Shown here in pieces: positions 39,036 to 49,152 of a stretch of DNA of 64,000 nt. A model generated the notes under the pieces. The model saw nothing but the letters and a program-made list of their open reading frames with translations. It searched no databases and had not been told where the DNA came from. Made by a program: the position numbers and the translations under genes. The stretch comes from an uncultured Spirochaetota bacterium. Its GTDB lineage: Bacteria; Spirochaetota; Spirochaetia; SZUA-6; Fen-1364. Within the stretch, counting starts at the first letter, position 1, and each line of letters begins with the position of its first letter. Where the stretch lies: positions 1,376,001-1,440,000 of the forward strand of contig CAWAHW010000002.1 in assembly GCA_963781885.1 (NCBI GenBank), read 5' to 3'.

Positions 39036-40588
39036 TGGACAGCATCCTCATACTGGACTTCGGCGGACAGAGCACGCAGCTCATCGGCCGCCGCATCCGC
39101 GAGCTCGGGGTCTATAGCGTCATCGTCCACGGCGATTCGCCCTTCGACAGGCTGGACCTCACGGGCGTGAAGGGCATCATCCTCTCGGGATCGCCCTATT
39201 CCGTCTACGAGCCGGGCGCGCCGGAGGTGGACGCGCGCATCTACAAGGCAGGGTTGCCCATCCTGGGCATCTGCTACGGCCTCCACCGGCTTGCCGCGGA
39301 TCATGGCGGCACGGTGGCATCGCTGGGCCGCAAAGAGTACGGCCGGGCGCAGGTCACGCTGGACGAGCGCACCCAGCTTTTTTCCCGGATCCCTGCCGGG
39401 GGCTTCCTGTCGTGGATGAGCCACGGGGATTCCCTCACCGTCGTGCCGCAGGGATTCCGCGTGATTGCGCGATCCGACAATGGGCTGCCCGCGGCGTTCG
39501 CGAGCACCGATCGGCGGATGTGGGGCGTGCAGTTTCACCCCGAGGCGAGCCACTGCGAGCACGGCATGGACATCCTTGAAGCCTTCGCGGTCGACATCTG
39601 CGGCGCGGCGCGGTCGTGGAACATGGAAGCATTCCTGGAGACTGCCCGGCAAAGCCTGCCGCAGCGCGTCGGGGAGAGGCCCGTGGTCCTCCTGATCTCC
39701 GGCGGCGTGGACTCCTGCGTCGTTGCCGCGCTGCTCTTGAAGAGCCTCCCCGTGGAGCAGGTCCATCTCATGTACATCGACACGGGTCTCATGAGGCTGG
39801 ACGAATCGCGCGAGGTGCTCCAGAGTCTTGGCACGCTGGGGGCGCGGCACGTGCACGCCATAGACGCTTCCCGCAGATTCTATGACGGGCTCGCCGGCGT
39901 CGATGATCCAGAGAAGAAGCGCCGCATCATCGGCGACCTGTTCATCAGGACCCAGGAAGAGGAGATCGGCAAGCTGGGCATCATGGAATCGTTTCTCGCC
40001 CAGGGCACCCTCTACACGGATCTCATCGAATCAGGCAGGGGTGTGGGGAACAAGGCTAATCTCATCAAGACGCATCACAATGTGCGCTCGCCGCTCGTGG
40101 AGGCCAAGCGGGAAGCGGGGCTCGTGATCGAGCCGCTTTCTTCCCTGTACAAGGATGAGGTGCGCGCTCTGGGAAAGGTGCTGGGCCTCGCACCCGCGCT
40201 CGTCGGCCGGCACCCGTTCCCGGGGCCCGGTGTGGCGGTGCGGATCGTTGGAGAGGTGACGAAGGAAAAGTGCGATCTCCTGCGGCGCGCCGATGCGCTC
40301 TTCATCGGGGAGCTGCGCGCGCGCAACCTCTATGACAGGATCTGGCAGGCGTTCTGCGTTCTCCTTCCCGTCCGCTCGGTGGGCGTCTCAGGGGATATGC
40401 GACGCTACGGTCACGTGCTCGCCCTGCGCGCCGTCGCCTCTCTGGACGCGATCACGGCCGATGTCTATCCCTTTGCCATGAGCGACCTCCTGGAGATATC
40501 GTCGCTGATCACGAACAGGATCCCCGAAATCGGCAGGGTGGTCTACGATGTTTCCAGCAAGCCGCCTGCCACGATCGAGTGGGAATAA
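39035..40588 (+). CDS. guaA: GMP synthase (glutamine-hydrolysing)
   Basis: LDFGGQ, GICYG, QFHPE, SGGVDS, QGTLYTD, KTHHNV, HPFPGPG, SKPPATIEWE. Confidence 0.98.
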   Translation: MDSILILDFGGQSTQLIGRRIRELGVYSVIVHGDSPFDRLDLTGVKGIILSGSPYSVYEPGAPEVDARIYKAGLPILGICYGLHRLAADHGGTVASLGRKEYGRAQVTLDERTQLFSRIPAGGFLSWMSHGDSLTVVPQGFRVIARSDNGLPAAFASTDRRMWGVQFHPEASHCEHGMDILEAFAVDICGAARSWNMEAFLETARQSLPQRVGERPVVLLISGGVDSCVVAALLLKSLPVEQVHLMYIDTGLMRLDESREVLQSLGTLGARHVHAIDASRRFYDGLAGVDDPEKKRRIIGDLFIRTQEEEIGKLGIMESFLAQGTLYTDLIESGRGVGNKANLIKTHHNVRSPLVEAKREAGLVIEPLSSLYKDEVRALGKVLGLAPALVGRHPFPGPGVAVRIVGEVTKEKCDLLRRADALFIGELRARNLYDRIWQAFCVLLPVRSVGVSGDMRRYGHVLALRAVASLDAITADVYPFAMSDLLEISSLITNRIPEIGRVVYDVSSKPPATIEWE

Positions 40589-40664
40589 AATATCGGCATT
40601 TTTCCTCCGCCCCTTTAGAAAATAGCCATGCGTTGCCGATAAGGAACGTAACGAGGTACGTGCA

Positions 40665-41063
40665 ATGCAAGGAGAATTGCCAGAAGATCCTCCCGTCCGG
40701 GAAATGCTCGAATGGTTGATGTCGACGTGGGGCATGACCAAGTCGGACCTCGCCCGCATGTTCCAGCGCACGCAATCGACCATCCACCATTGGCTGAACA
40801 CAGGGCAGGTGTCGCATCGCAACCTGATGAAGATACGCTCCAGCTACTACTTCCTCCACGATTCGCGCGATCCGCACGCGAACGAGAGAAAGTGCGAGCG
40901 GTGCGGGAAATGGCTGCCGCAGAAGGAGTTCCGCGAGGGCAAGGCGATCTGCCATTCCTGCGAAAACTCCCGCACGCTCCAGTACTACTGGACGCACCGC
41001 GACGAGCAGCTGACGAAGAGGAAAGCAAAGAACTGGTACAATCGACGCATCGCCTCGTCATAG
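40665..41063 (+). CDS. XRE/Cro-type HTH protein with C4 zinc finger
   Basis: MTKSDLARMFQRTQSTIHHWLNTG HTH; CERC...F...CHSC; basic tail; GAGGT SD. Confidence 0.75.
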   Translation: MQGELPEDPPVREMLEWLMSTWGMTKSDLARMFQRTQSTIHHWLNTGQVSHRNLMKIRSSYYFLHDSRDPHANERKCERCGKWLPQKEFREGKAICHSCENSRTLQYYWTHRDEQLTKRKAKNWYNRRIASS

Positions 41064-41156
41064 GGTCGCGCCCGATCGGGGAGGGAAGCCCCCGCTTCTC
41101 CCGATGCACTGGCAATGCGCGATCTATTCCGCTATAGTACCGCCTGAGGAAACAAC

Positions 41157-41768
41157 ATGCACAAGATAGCTGCACTCTGCGTCGCTGTTCTGCTTTTGGC
41201 GTCTTGTGTGGGAATCGACAGCACGCTCACGATCCACGACAACGGATCCGGTACCCTTGACCTGTCCTACAGGGTTTCCCAATCCGTCGCCCAGCTCGGT
41301 CTGTCGACCGCGGGAAAACCCGTCATTCCCCTTCCCATCTCGCGCTCCGATTTCGACAGGTCGCTTGCGCCGACAAACGGAAAGGTGAAGCTCACAAAGT
41401 TCGAACGGACGGAAAATGAGAAAGACATTACGATTAATGCCCAGCTTTCATTCGATTCCCTGGATTCCCTGTCGCACGTGGCGGCTTTTCACGACTCCGA
41501 CTTGAAGGCCGGTACGGACGGGTCGCGCAGGACCTTTTCCCAGGTGATCGGACGCGCCCTTCCCACGCCTCTCACCGACGAGACAAAGCGCATGATCGAA
41601 GCTCTGTTCACGGGCTACGATCTGTCTTTCACGGTCAAGGCACCCCGCGCTATACAAAGCACGAGCCTTGGCGCCCTTTCCGCCGACAAGCAGTCGGTCA
41701 CGTACAAGGTTTCAGTCATCGATGTTCTGGAGACAAAGAGCGATCTGGTCTTGACCTTGAGCTGGTAG
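41157..41768 (+). CDS. Lipoprotein (LppM/DUF3153-like)
   Basis: Lipobox LASC followed by IDSTLTIHDNGSGTL; GAGG SD. Confidence 0.75.
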   Translation: MHKIAALCVAVLLLASCVGIDSTLTIHDNGSGTLDLSYRVSQSVAQLGLSTAGKPVIPLPISRSDFDRSLAPTNGKVKLTKFERTENEKDITINAQLSFDSLDSLSHVAAFHDSDLKAGTDGSRRTFSQVIGRALPTPLTDETKRMIEALFTGYDLSFTVKAPRAIQSTSLGALSADKQSVTYKVSVIDVLETKSDLVLTLSW

Positions 41769-41884
41769 TGGATGGCCTCAACGAGGACGAGCTTGGAGAG
41801 ACCAAGAGGCTGCATAAACCAATTTCTCATGTTGTACGATTATTGGGACGAATGTTCCTGGGCACAAAGCGGAGATGAATCCTG

Positions 41885-42787
41885 ATGTGGCGCGTGCGAG
41901 CGCTGGTCGTCATTATTGTCCTCGCCTCGCCTGGTGCTCTATTTGCGCAGAATAAGCCAAACCAGAGCTGGCTGATGTTTGAGCAAGGAAACGCGGCCGC
42001 CGCGCGCAAGGAGTATGGACTTGCGCTTCAACTTTACAAGGAAGCCGTATTAAACGCAGGACCATTCCCAGAAGCCGAGGTGGCAATTGGCGATGTCTAC
42101 ATGGAGGAGGGCGAGGTTGACTTAGCTTCGGCTCAGTATCAAAAAGCATACACATTAAGAAATGCCTTTTATGTTCCAGATATGCAATATACTGTCCTGT
42201 ACAAGCTCGCTCACGTATATGAAGGTCAGGGTCTCTACAAGCAGATGGAGGACGAGCTTGTAACCATCGTGAATGACGACAAGAGATTTTCCGAAACAGA
42301 AACCTTGCGTCTCCGCACGCAAATCGAAAAGAATTTCTTTGACAAGGGTTTGGACAGGGTACTCATTCTCTATCGATACTCTGACACCTTCGCCGCCTCT
42401 GCGCATTCCCAGCTCGGCCTTTTTTATTATCGAACAGGACGTTATGCGCAGTCCGCGTCTCATCTGCTTTTCTCTGCCTTATACCGCATGAGCGCTATGG
42501 AGCAGTTTCTTGCCGACCGGGACGTGGATTACCAGTATTCGAGCTTGGATAGCATGATTGTTGAGATCCAAAGGAATGCGGATCTTTTGCGATACGCAAA
42601 CGACGCGCAGCTTTTTCGGGACCTCTACTATTTGGCCGGCTCTACATTTGCTCTTGGCTATCCCGAGCGAGCCGCGTCTATTTGGAAGACGCTTTCCCTT
42701 GCAGATGTCGCGGGCAGCTTCAAGCAGCTTTCACTGAAGCAGCTCAAGTCTCCCTCAACGGAGCCCTTGCTGAACATTTCTCCGTGA
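41885..42787 (+). CDS. Exported TPR protein
   Basis: Signal peptide, TPR units; lower GC than flanks. Confidence 0.8.
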   Translation: MWRVRALVVIIVLASPGALFAQNKPNQSWLMFEQGNAAAARKEYGLALQLYKEAVLNAGPFPEAEVAIGDVYMEEGEVDLASAQYQKAYTLRNAFYVPDMQYTVLYKLAHVYEGQGLYKQMEDELVTIVNDDKRFSETETLRLRTQIEKNFFDKGLDRVLILYRYSDTFAASAHSQLGLFYYRTGRYAQSASHLLFSALYRMSAMEQFLADRDVDYQYSSLDSMIVEIQRNADLLRYANDAQLFRDLYYLAGSTFALGYPERAASIWKTLSLADVAGSFKQLSLKQLKSPSTEPLLNISP

Positions 42788-42819
42788 GGACTTTGGCCCC
42801 CCTTAAGAAATACCCTCTT

Positions 42820-42847
42820 AGTAGACAGAATATTTATTATCGGAAGT
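42820..42847 (-). other. dif: Putative dif site (XerC/XerD chromosome dimer resolution)
   Basis: Minus strand ACTTCCGATAA-TAAATA-TTCTGTCTACT; 22/28 identical to B. subtilis dif as recalled (ACTTCCTAGAATATATATTATGTAAACT); intergenic between convergent genes. Confidence 0.75.
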
Positions 42848-42984
42848 TGGAAAATTGCCAAAACGGCCCTTTAAGGCATTACCCTTTAGACCACTGCCAT
42901 CATTCACTTTGAAGTGCGTTTCTGCCTTGGGGCCGATTAGAGCGATCACCTCCGCCAGAGATTTTCCGAGCTTCATGCATTTGA

Positions 42985-43185
42985 CTATCCGCCCAATATC
43001 TCCTGCACCCTTCCCACCTCCCCTGTTTCCAGGCGCACCTTGATTCCATGTGGATGCGTGGGTGAGCTCGTGAGAATGTCACGGACGACCCCGGTCGTCC
43101 TGCGGCCCGTCCTCTGATCCTCTTTCTGGACGATGGAAACCCTGGCTCCAGGGGAAATGTTCGCTCTGACATGTCCGTCGCTCAT
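42985..43185 (-). CDS. YwbE family (DUF2196) protein
   Basis: V.IVQKEDQRTG..T.GVV.DILTSS..HPHGIKVRL..G.VGRV. Confidence 0.9.
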   Translation of the reverse strand: MSDGHVRANISPGARVSIVQKEDQRTGRRTTGVVRDILTSSPTHPHGIKVRLETGEVGRVQEILGG

Positions 43186-43195
43186 GCTCGTTTCC

Positions 43196-43474
43196 TCAGC
43201 GTGGGTAGCTCGCTTTGGAGAGCAACCAGATCATCAGGAGCGATGTAGCGAGCGCGGCAAAGACATTCACGGAGTTCACATCGGCAAGGTACTGGATGAC
43301 CTTTGTGAAAAGCTGGTCGATCAGGCCGCCGAGGAATGAACCCACCAGGCCGACAATGACTGCGCCCCAGAGCTTTCCCAGCACCGGCTTCTTCACAACG
43401 AAGAAGAAAAAGACGGCGGCCGCCACGCCAATTGTCACATACGTAAGCCCGACCTTGAAATAATAGAACCACAT
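43196..43474 (-). CDS. Small membrane protein (GlsB/YeaQ/YmgE-like)
   Basis: 3 TM segments; IVGLVGSFLGG motif; GAGG SD. Confidence 0.7.
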   Translation of the reverse strand: MWFYYFKVGLTYVTIGVAAAVFFFFVVKKPVLGKLWGAVIVGLVGSFLGGLIDQLFTKVIQYLADVNSVNVFAALATSLLMIWLLSKASYPR

Positions 43475-43487
43475 GCCGAACCTCTTT

Positions 43488-44214
43488 CTAGTTTACTTGA
43501 ACGTAGAGATACCCGAGATAGACGGGCGTCGACCAGGTCGGTGTCGTCCCTCCGGCCAGGCCATAGCTCATGACATACATCGCGAGGTAGGCCGAATCCC
43601 CCATTTGCGCTCACGCAATTGGAAAAAAGCTGAACGCTCATGTCCGTATCCGTGCTTGAGCCGTAATTGGCCTGCCGGACGCTGTTCGGCGCGAAGTTCT
43701 TGCAACCATATCCAAGGTTCGGATCTGCCACGTCCCTCCTCAGCTCTACGGACACAAGAGTCCCGGTTGAAGGCGGCGTATACGAATAATCGGAGAACGG
43801 ATTCTGCGCATTGGGATAATTGAAGAAAGCGTCAACCGTGAAGCTGTCCACGCGCACACTTGTTGCAACGGGAATGACCGGGGATGCGCGGGTGGGAGGC
43901 GAGGTGTCGTTCACGCTGCAAACCGGCAGGAACCCGTTGTTCAAAAGCTGCGAGACCGGGTCGTTGTAGTTGGTGTTGTCATAAGCATTGACGTTTATCT
44001 CGCTTGAGTTTGCATAGAACCGGTAATACAAGTCGAAGCCCTGAAAGGATACGTCCAAGTCGGCAGAATGGTCTGGGTTGACAAAAGCGAAGTTGGTGCT
44101 TGTCTGTGTTGCGACGATCTGCCCCGGCGGCGCAAGGAAATATGTGTCCGGCAGCCCGCACCCTGCCAGAAGCGGCATGAACAGGAGGAAACGAAGGAAT
44201 GAAAGGGACCTCAT
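43488..44214 (-). CDS. Lipoprotein (frameshift near 43592)
   Basis: Lipobox LAGC-GL; removing one G gives the C-terminus ...YLAMYVMSYG...WSTPVYLGYLYVQVN stopping at 43488-43490. Confidence 0.7.
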
Positions 44215-44219
44215 CCAGT

Positions 44220-46655
44220 CTAGGCTCCGGCCTTGCTCCCGTTTCCTCCGGCCACCGCGACCGGAGGCTCGAGACCGTCCAGCACGTCGACCAGCTCGTA
44301 GATGAGGACCGGCTTGTTCTTGCCTTTCACGCGGATGTTATCCAGCTCGCGGGCGACAACCCTGTCCTTCACCTGCGCGTAGGTGAACTCGCTCATGATG
44401 ATCGTCGACATGTACTGCTTGTTCGTACCCTCCAGACGCGCGCCGAGGTTCACATTGTCGCCCATCAGGGTGTAGTTCATACGGCCGATGGACCCCATGT
44501 TGCCTACCGTCATGATGCCCGTGTTGAGCCCGATCCCGATGGAGAGCCTCTTTTCCGCCGGCCAGCTGGTGTTCATCTTGTTGAGGGTCTCGATCTGCTT
44601 CACCGCGCATTTGCAGGCAAGCAGGGCGTGGTCCGACTCGGGGATCGGCGCGCCCCAGAAGCACATGATTTCATCGCCCACGTACTTGTCCAGGGTGCCC
44701 TTGTACTCGAGGATGAGGTCCGTCATTGCCGTGAGGTACTGGTTGAGGTGATTCACGAGCTCCTGCGGGGAAAGGCTTTCAGAAAGAGTGGTGAATCCGC
44801 GGATGTCGGAGAAGAAGACGGTGATCTCCTTGTCGATGCCGCCCAGCTCGGGAGGATTCTGGAGTATTTCATCGACCACGGCGGGGCTTACGTACTTGCC
44901 GAACATGTCGCGGATGCGGCGCTTGTCCCTCTCCTCGAAGACCGTGCGATATGCCACGACGGCCAGGAAGGAAAGCAGGACCCCGAAGACCGGCGCCGAG
45001 AGCGTGAGGATATAGTCGTTCAGGTCGAATACCAGCAGCACGACGAAGAAGTAGACCAGGATCATGCCCAGGGAGACGAGCAGCGACCAGAGCGTGGACA
45101 GTCGCGAGACCATGAACGCGGTGAACATCACCATCAGCAGGAGGATCAGGATATTCACCCAGGCCGGGGCATAGTGCAGGAAATTGTTCGTGAGGATCGT
45201 GTTGAGCGCGTTGGCGTGTATTTCCACGCCGTACATCAAGCCGAACGGCGTCGGCTTCTGGTCCGAGGCGACGCCCTGCGAAAACGCCCCGACCAGCACC
45301 AGCATGTTGCCCAGCTTCTTGGTATTGGGCCATTTGGCAGGGTCGGCAACCGGCGGATTGGCGGCGTAGCCGGAGAAGGACCGCACGGTGAATGTCTGGG
45401 CTTCGTCGGGATTCGGGCTGGAAGGTGCCCCGACGAAATTGATGAGCATGTTGCCGTTCGCATTGATCGGGATGCGGATCTCGGGGACCGGCTTGTACGT
45501 GGCTTCTTTTACAACGTTTCCGTCGGCGTCCAGCACCGCGGGCTTGACGATGAGCTTGTACGGCACCCATTGCTGGGTGGACAGGTCGAACATCTGCGGG
45601 GACGGGATGATCACGGAGTCCCCCAGTACGATCTTGATGTCGGCAAGGGTTTTGTGGAAATAGTCCAGCGCGAGGACCAGGTCCATGGAGGGAATGAGCT
45701 GGTCGCGATACTTGTCTACGACATAGTAATACTTCATGTTCTGCCCGTTTCCGTTGACGTCTTCCGCCTTCAGGGGGGCGCTCTTCTGCATCTGCTTCCG
45801 CAGGCTGTCCAGGACGCCGCGCGTCAGGGGATAGGGCACGTCGTGCTCGATATTGTTCTTGTCGACCCACGCCAGCCGCTCGAGATTCCCACGGTCGATC
45901 GGCTCGTCCACGGTCAGATCGTCAAGGGGTATCTCCTTTACCATCTGCTGAACCTTGCCGATCAGCGGGAGCTGACGGAAGACCTGGTCGTCGTCGCTCA
46001 GGAAATTGGCGTGCCCGTACTGGTGGGCCGCCCTTCCGTAAGGCATGAGCGGAGGGGTGTTGCCCTTGAAGGCGCTGATCTTTGTCCAGTCGCCGACGAT
46101 GTTGGTGACCTTGCCGAACTGCTGGAACAGGAGGTCCTGGCGCGCCCGGTATGCTTCGTCCACGCTCGCCGGGTTGTTCTCATCGTTGAGGACCGTTTCC
46201 AGAAAAACGCGGCCGCTCGCCTTGATGCCGTCGAGGAACTGCGTGTCCTCCACGGCGGTCTTGTCGGGATCGGCGAAGAAGACGTCGAGGAAGACAGCCT
46301 GCTCACGATCCGCCTGGTTCTTGATGCGCGAGAAGCTGTTCAGGAGGTCCGCGTAAAGATGCCGCGGGAACGGCCACTTGCCCAGCCGCGCAATGGACTT
46401 GTCGTCGATGCCGACGATCAGGATGTCCGGGGATACCTTGCTGCTCTGCTGCACAACCGCCACGCCCTGCTGGGCGCGGTTGGCGGTCACGGCGTTCTTC
46501 ATCCGGAAGTCCAGGTCGAGCATCTTGAGCTCCATGCTCCGCACGATGATGGTGCCGAAGCTGAGCGCGAAGAGAATCAGAAATACCACGATGCCGAGGA
46601 CGATTCCGAAATACTTCGTTTCCAGGAATTTCTTGAAGCGATCCTTCTCCGCCAT
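44220..46655 (-). CDS. CHASE2-domain class III adenylate cyclase
   Basis: IVGIDDKSI..LGKWPFPR, YGVEIHAN, 3 TM, FSDIRGFT, DKYVGDEIM, YTLMGDNVNLGARLE. Confidence 0.95.
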   Translation of the reverse strand: MAEKDRFKKFLETKYFGIVLGIVVFLILFALSFGTIIVRSMELKMLDLDFRMKNAVTANRAQQGVAVVQQSSKVSPDILIVGIDDKSIARLGKWPFPRHLYADLLNSFSRIKNQADREQAVFLDVFFADPDKTAVEDTQFLDGIKASGRVFLETVLNDENNPASVDEAYRARQDLLFQQFGKVTNIVGDWTKISAFKGNTPPLMPYGRAAHQYGHANFLSDDDQVFRQLPLIGKVQQMVKEIPLDDLTVDEPIDRGNLERLAWVDKNNIEHDVPYPLTRGVLDSLRKQMQKSAPLKAEDVNGNGQNMKYYYVVDKYRDQLIPSMDLVLALDYFHKTLADIKIVLGDSVIIPSPQMFDLSTQQWVPYKLIVKPAVLDADGNVVKEATYKPVPEIRIPINANGNMLINFVGAPSSPNPDEAQTFTVRSFSGYAANPPVADPAKWPNTKKLGNMLVLVGAFSQGVASDQKPTPFGLMYGVEIHANALNTILTNNFLHYAPAWVNILILLLMVMFTAFMVSRLSTLWSLLVSLGMILVYFFVVLLVFDLNDYILTLSAPVFGVLLSFLAVVAYRTVFEERDKRRIRDMFGKYVSPAVVDEILQNPPELGGIDKEITVFFSDIRGFTTLSESLSPQELVNHLNQYLTAMTDLILEYKGTLDKYVGDEIMCFWGAPIPESDHALLACKCAVKQIETLNKMNTSWPAEKRLSIGIGLNTGIMTVGNMGSIGRMNYTLMGDNVNLGARLEGTNKQYMSTIIMSEFTYAQVKDRVVARELDNIRVKGKNKPVLIYELVDVLDGLEPPVAVAGGNGSKAGA

Positions 46656-46877
46656 CCCGTCCCTCCGCCTGGAAAGAGCAACGTAGCGCGCGGTTTCCCG
46701 CCCATCGGGGCAACCGGCCGCCATCAAGCGTATAATCGTTCAGTTTTCGAGTTTTGTCCACATCTCGGGCGCAAAGAAAGGCCCCCTCGATGCTTTGACC
46801 AAAGGGGCCGATGATAAGCATTGAAATGGGCGGTCGACGCCGGGGAAGGAAAATCCCCGCCCGGCCACGGACCGGTG

Positions 46878-47594
46878 CTACTTGATCTTTCCCAGCACCT
46901 TCAATTCGACCAGACGGTTCTTTGCCAGCTTGTTCCAGAGGCTCTGGCCGTAGTCGGTGTCGATCGATTCATACGTCTTTTGCGCGGAGGCCCAGTCCTG
47001 CTTGCCTTCGTAGAGCCGCGCGGCGTTGAACATGGCGCGCGGGGTGACGGTCGAATCCTTGTACCCCTGGAAGGCGCGCAGGTAGAGGGCAAGGGCGGCA
47101 TCCGCGTCGCCCTTCTCTTCCGCGCAGATTCCGGCATCGAAAAGGCTGATCGGGGCAAGGTAGCTCTTCGGGAAATGGTCCGCGAGCGCCTGGTAGTCCT
47201 TCAGGGCGTCGTCCCAGGACTTGTCTGCATAATGCAGATCTGCGCGCATCAGGAGGCCGCGCTGGCCGCCGTACTGGTGGGGATAGCGCGAAATGAGCGC
47301 GCCCAGCCGGGGCAGGAGGTCCTTTTCCAGCGCCGCCTTCTTTGTCGCGTCGGTTTCCGACTGCCAGGTGTCGAATGCGGTCTGCGTGTCCTCGGCCATG
47401 CGCGTCGAGTCGGCAACCAGCTTCTTCGATATCTCCCCGTAGATGAAATAGCCGACAAGAAAGGCCGCTGCCGCGATGAGGACCACCAGGAGCGCAATGC
47501 GGAAACGATCGACCGTGCGCGCCAGAAAATGGGCGATCCGCCGCCGCATGGGCTCCTGCGGCGTCTGCTGTCCCTGCTGTTGTACTGCCTGCAT
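46878..47594 (-). CDS. Membrane-anchored TPR protein (YfgM-like)
   Basis: N-terminal TM helix then TPR repeats; GGAG SD. Confidence 0.8.
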   Translation of the reverse strand: MQAVQQQGQQTPQEPMRRRIAHFLARTVDRFRIALLVVLIAAAAFLVGYFIYGEISKKLVADSTRMAEDTQTAFDTWQSETDATKKAALEKDLLPRLGALISRYPHQYGGQRGLLMRADLHYADKSWDDALKDYQALADHFPKSYLAPISLFDAGICAEEKGDADAALALYLRAFQGYKDSTVTPRAMFNAARLYEGKQDWASAQKTYESIDTDYGQSLWNKLAKNRLVELKVLGKIK

Positions 47595-49119
47595 TAACGC
47601 TCCACTCCTCTTTCCTTCATGATCCCGAGCTCCTTCACGAGCTTCGACAGGTAGCTCCTCTGGATGTCGAGGGCCTTCGCTGTCCGTGTCTGGTGCCAGC
47701 CATTTGTTTCCAGAGCCTTCGTGATAAAGTGTTTCTTGAATATATTCAACGCCTCGTGGAGCGTCCGCTCCCCGTAGACTTCATCGTCGGCCGCCCGCGA
47801 TCCGGCCAGGGTGAGGGAGTCCGCGCGGATCCTGTCGTCCTGGGCGAAGACGACCGCCCGCTCCACCGCGTTTTCCAGCTCCCGGACATTGCCCGGCCAC
47901 GAATAGGATAAAAGCTGCTCCATTGCCTCATCGCTGAAGCCGGCGAGCTGTTTCTTCATCTCCCGCGAGTGCTTCTGCAGGAAAAACTCCGCCAGGAGCG
48001 GGATATCCTCCCGGCGTTCCCGCAGGGGCGGGATCTGGATGGGAAGCACGCTGAGCCGGTAAAAAGATCCGCGCGGAAGGTCCCCGACGCGACCTGCCGG
48101 GAAAGGTCATGATTCGTCGCGGCGATGATGCGGACATTCACCTGCACCGACTCGCTCGCGCCGATTCGTTCGAATGTCTTCCCCTGCAGCACGCGCAGAA
48201 GCTTTGCCTGGAGCGCGAGGGGCATGTCGGCAATCTCGTCGAGAAAGAGCGTGCCGCCGTCCGCCAGCTCAAATCTGCCGCGCCGATCCGCGATGGCATC
48301 CGTGAAGGCGCCCTTCACGTGCCCGAAAAGCTCGCTTTCAAGGAGCGCTTCCGGTATGGCCGCGCAGTTCACCCGGATGAATGGCCCGGCCCGGCGTGGG
48401 CTGGCGAGGTGGATCTGCTCCGCGAAAAGCTCCTTGCCCACCCCACTCTCCCCCAGGAGGAGCACGGAGGCGTCCGCCTCTGCCGCCTTGCGGGCGATCT
48501 CGAGCTTTTCCTTGATGATCCTGCTTTCGCCCACGAACGTATGCCAGCCTTCGACATTCGTGACCTTGTCCTGCAGAGCGCTGAGCTCGGCCCTCACCTT
48601 CTGAAAGGATTGGGCATTCTGCACCGCGATGGCCGCCTGCGTGGAAAAGATCTCCAGCCACTGCAGGTCCTCCTCCGTGAACTTCTTGCCCCCGCGCTTG
48701 TTGAGGATCTCGATCACCCCGACGAGTCTCTCCTTCACCCGCATGGGCACGGCAAGGATCGATGTTGTCGGGAAGCCGATCTTCTGCGCGATCGCGGGCA
48801 ACCAGCGGGCATCGCTCTGCGCGTCGTTCACGATCAGGGACGTGTTCTTCTCCGCGACCCAGCCCGCGATGCCTTCCCCCATGTTCACGGAATACGACTT
48901 GAGGCTCGCCCCTTTCGGCCCGAGGGCGATTTCAAAGTACAGCTTGTTGTTCTCGGGGTTGACCAGCATGAGCGACGATGCCTCGCCCTCCGTCAGCTCC
49001 GTCGCGGACTCCAGGATCCTCGTGAGCAAGACTTTGATGTCCGCGTAGGTGGAGTTGATCCGCGCGTAGATATCGAACAGGACTTCCAGCTTTTCCCGGT
49101 CAGCTGCAAATCTCAGCAT
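47594..49119 (-). CDS. Sigma54-dependent activator (GAF-AAA+-Fis HTH); frameshift near 48062
   Basis: GAF domain; GESGVGKE, LESELFGH.KGAFTDA, LFLDEI, AATN, FRADL; restored YRLSV then WPGNVRELEN and HTH; one base missing in an A/T run. Confidence 0.92.
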
Positions 49120-49152
49120 GCGCGGATCGCTTCGGGTGAGCCCTCCCCGGGG

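Noticed and set aside
40589-42990. Genomic island or prophage integrated at guaA
   Set aside because: No integrase, no duplicated guaA 3' end, no phage structural genes; lower GC is better explained by terminus proximity
41078-43015. KOPS (GGGNAGGG) polarity as proof of the terminus
   Set aside because: Examples fit (41078 on +, 43008 on -) but counter-oriented copies exist (about 41328 and 41557); it needs a proper count
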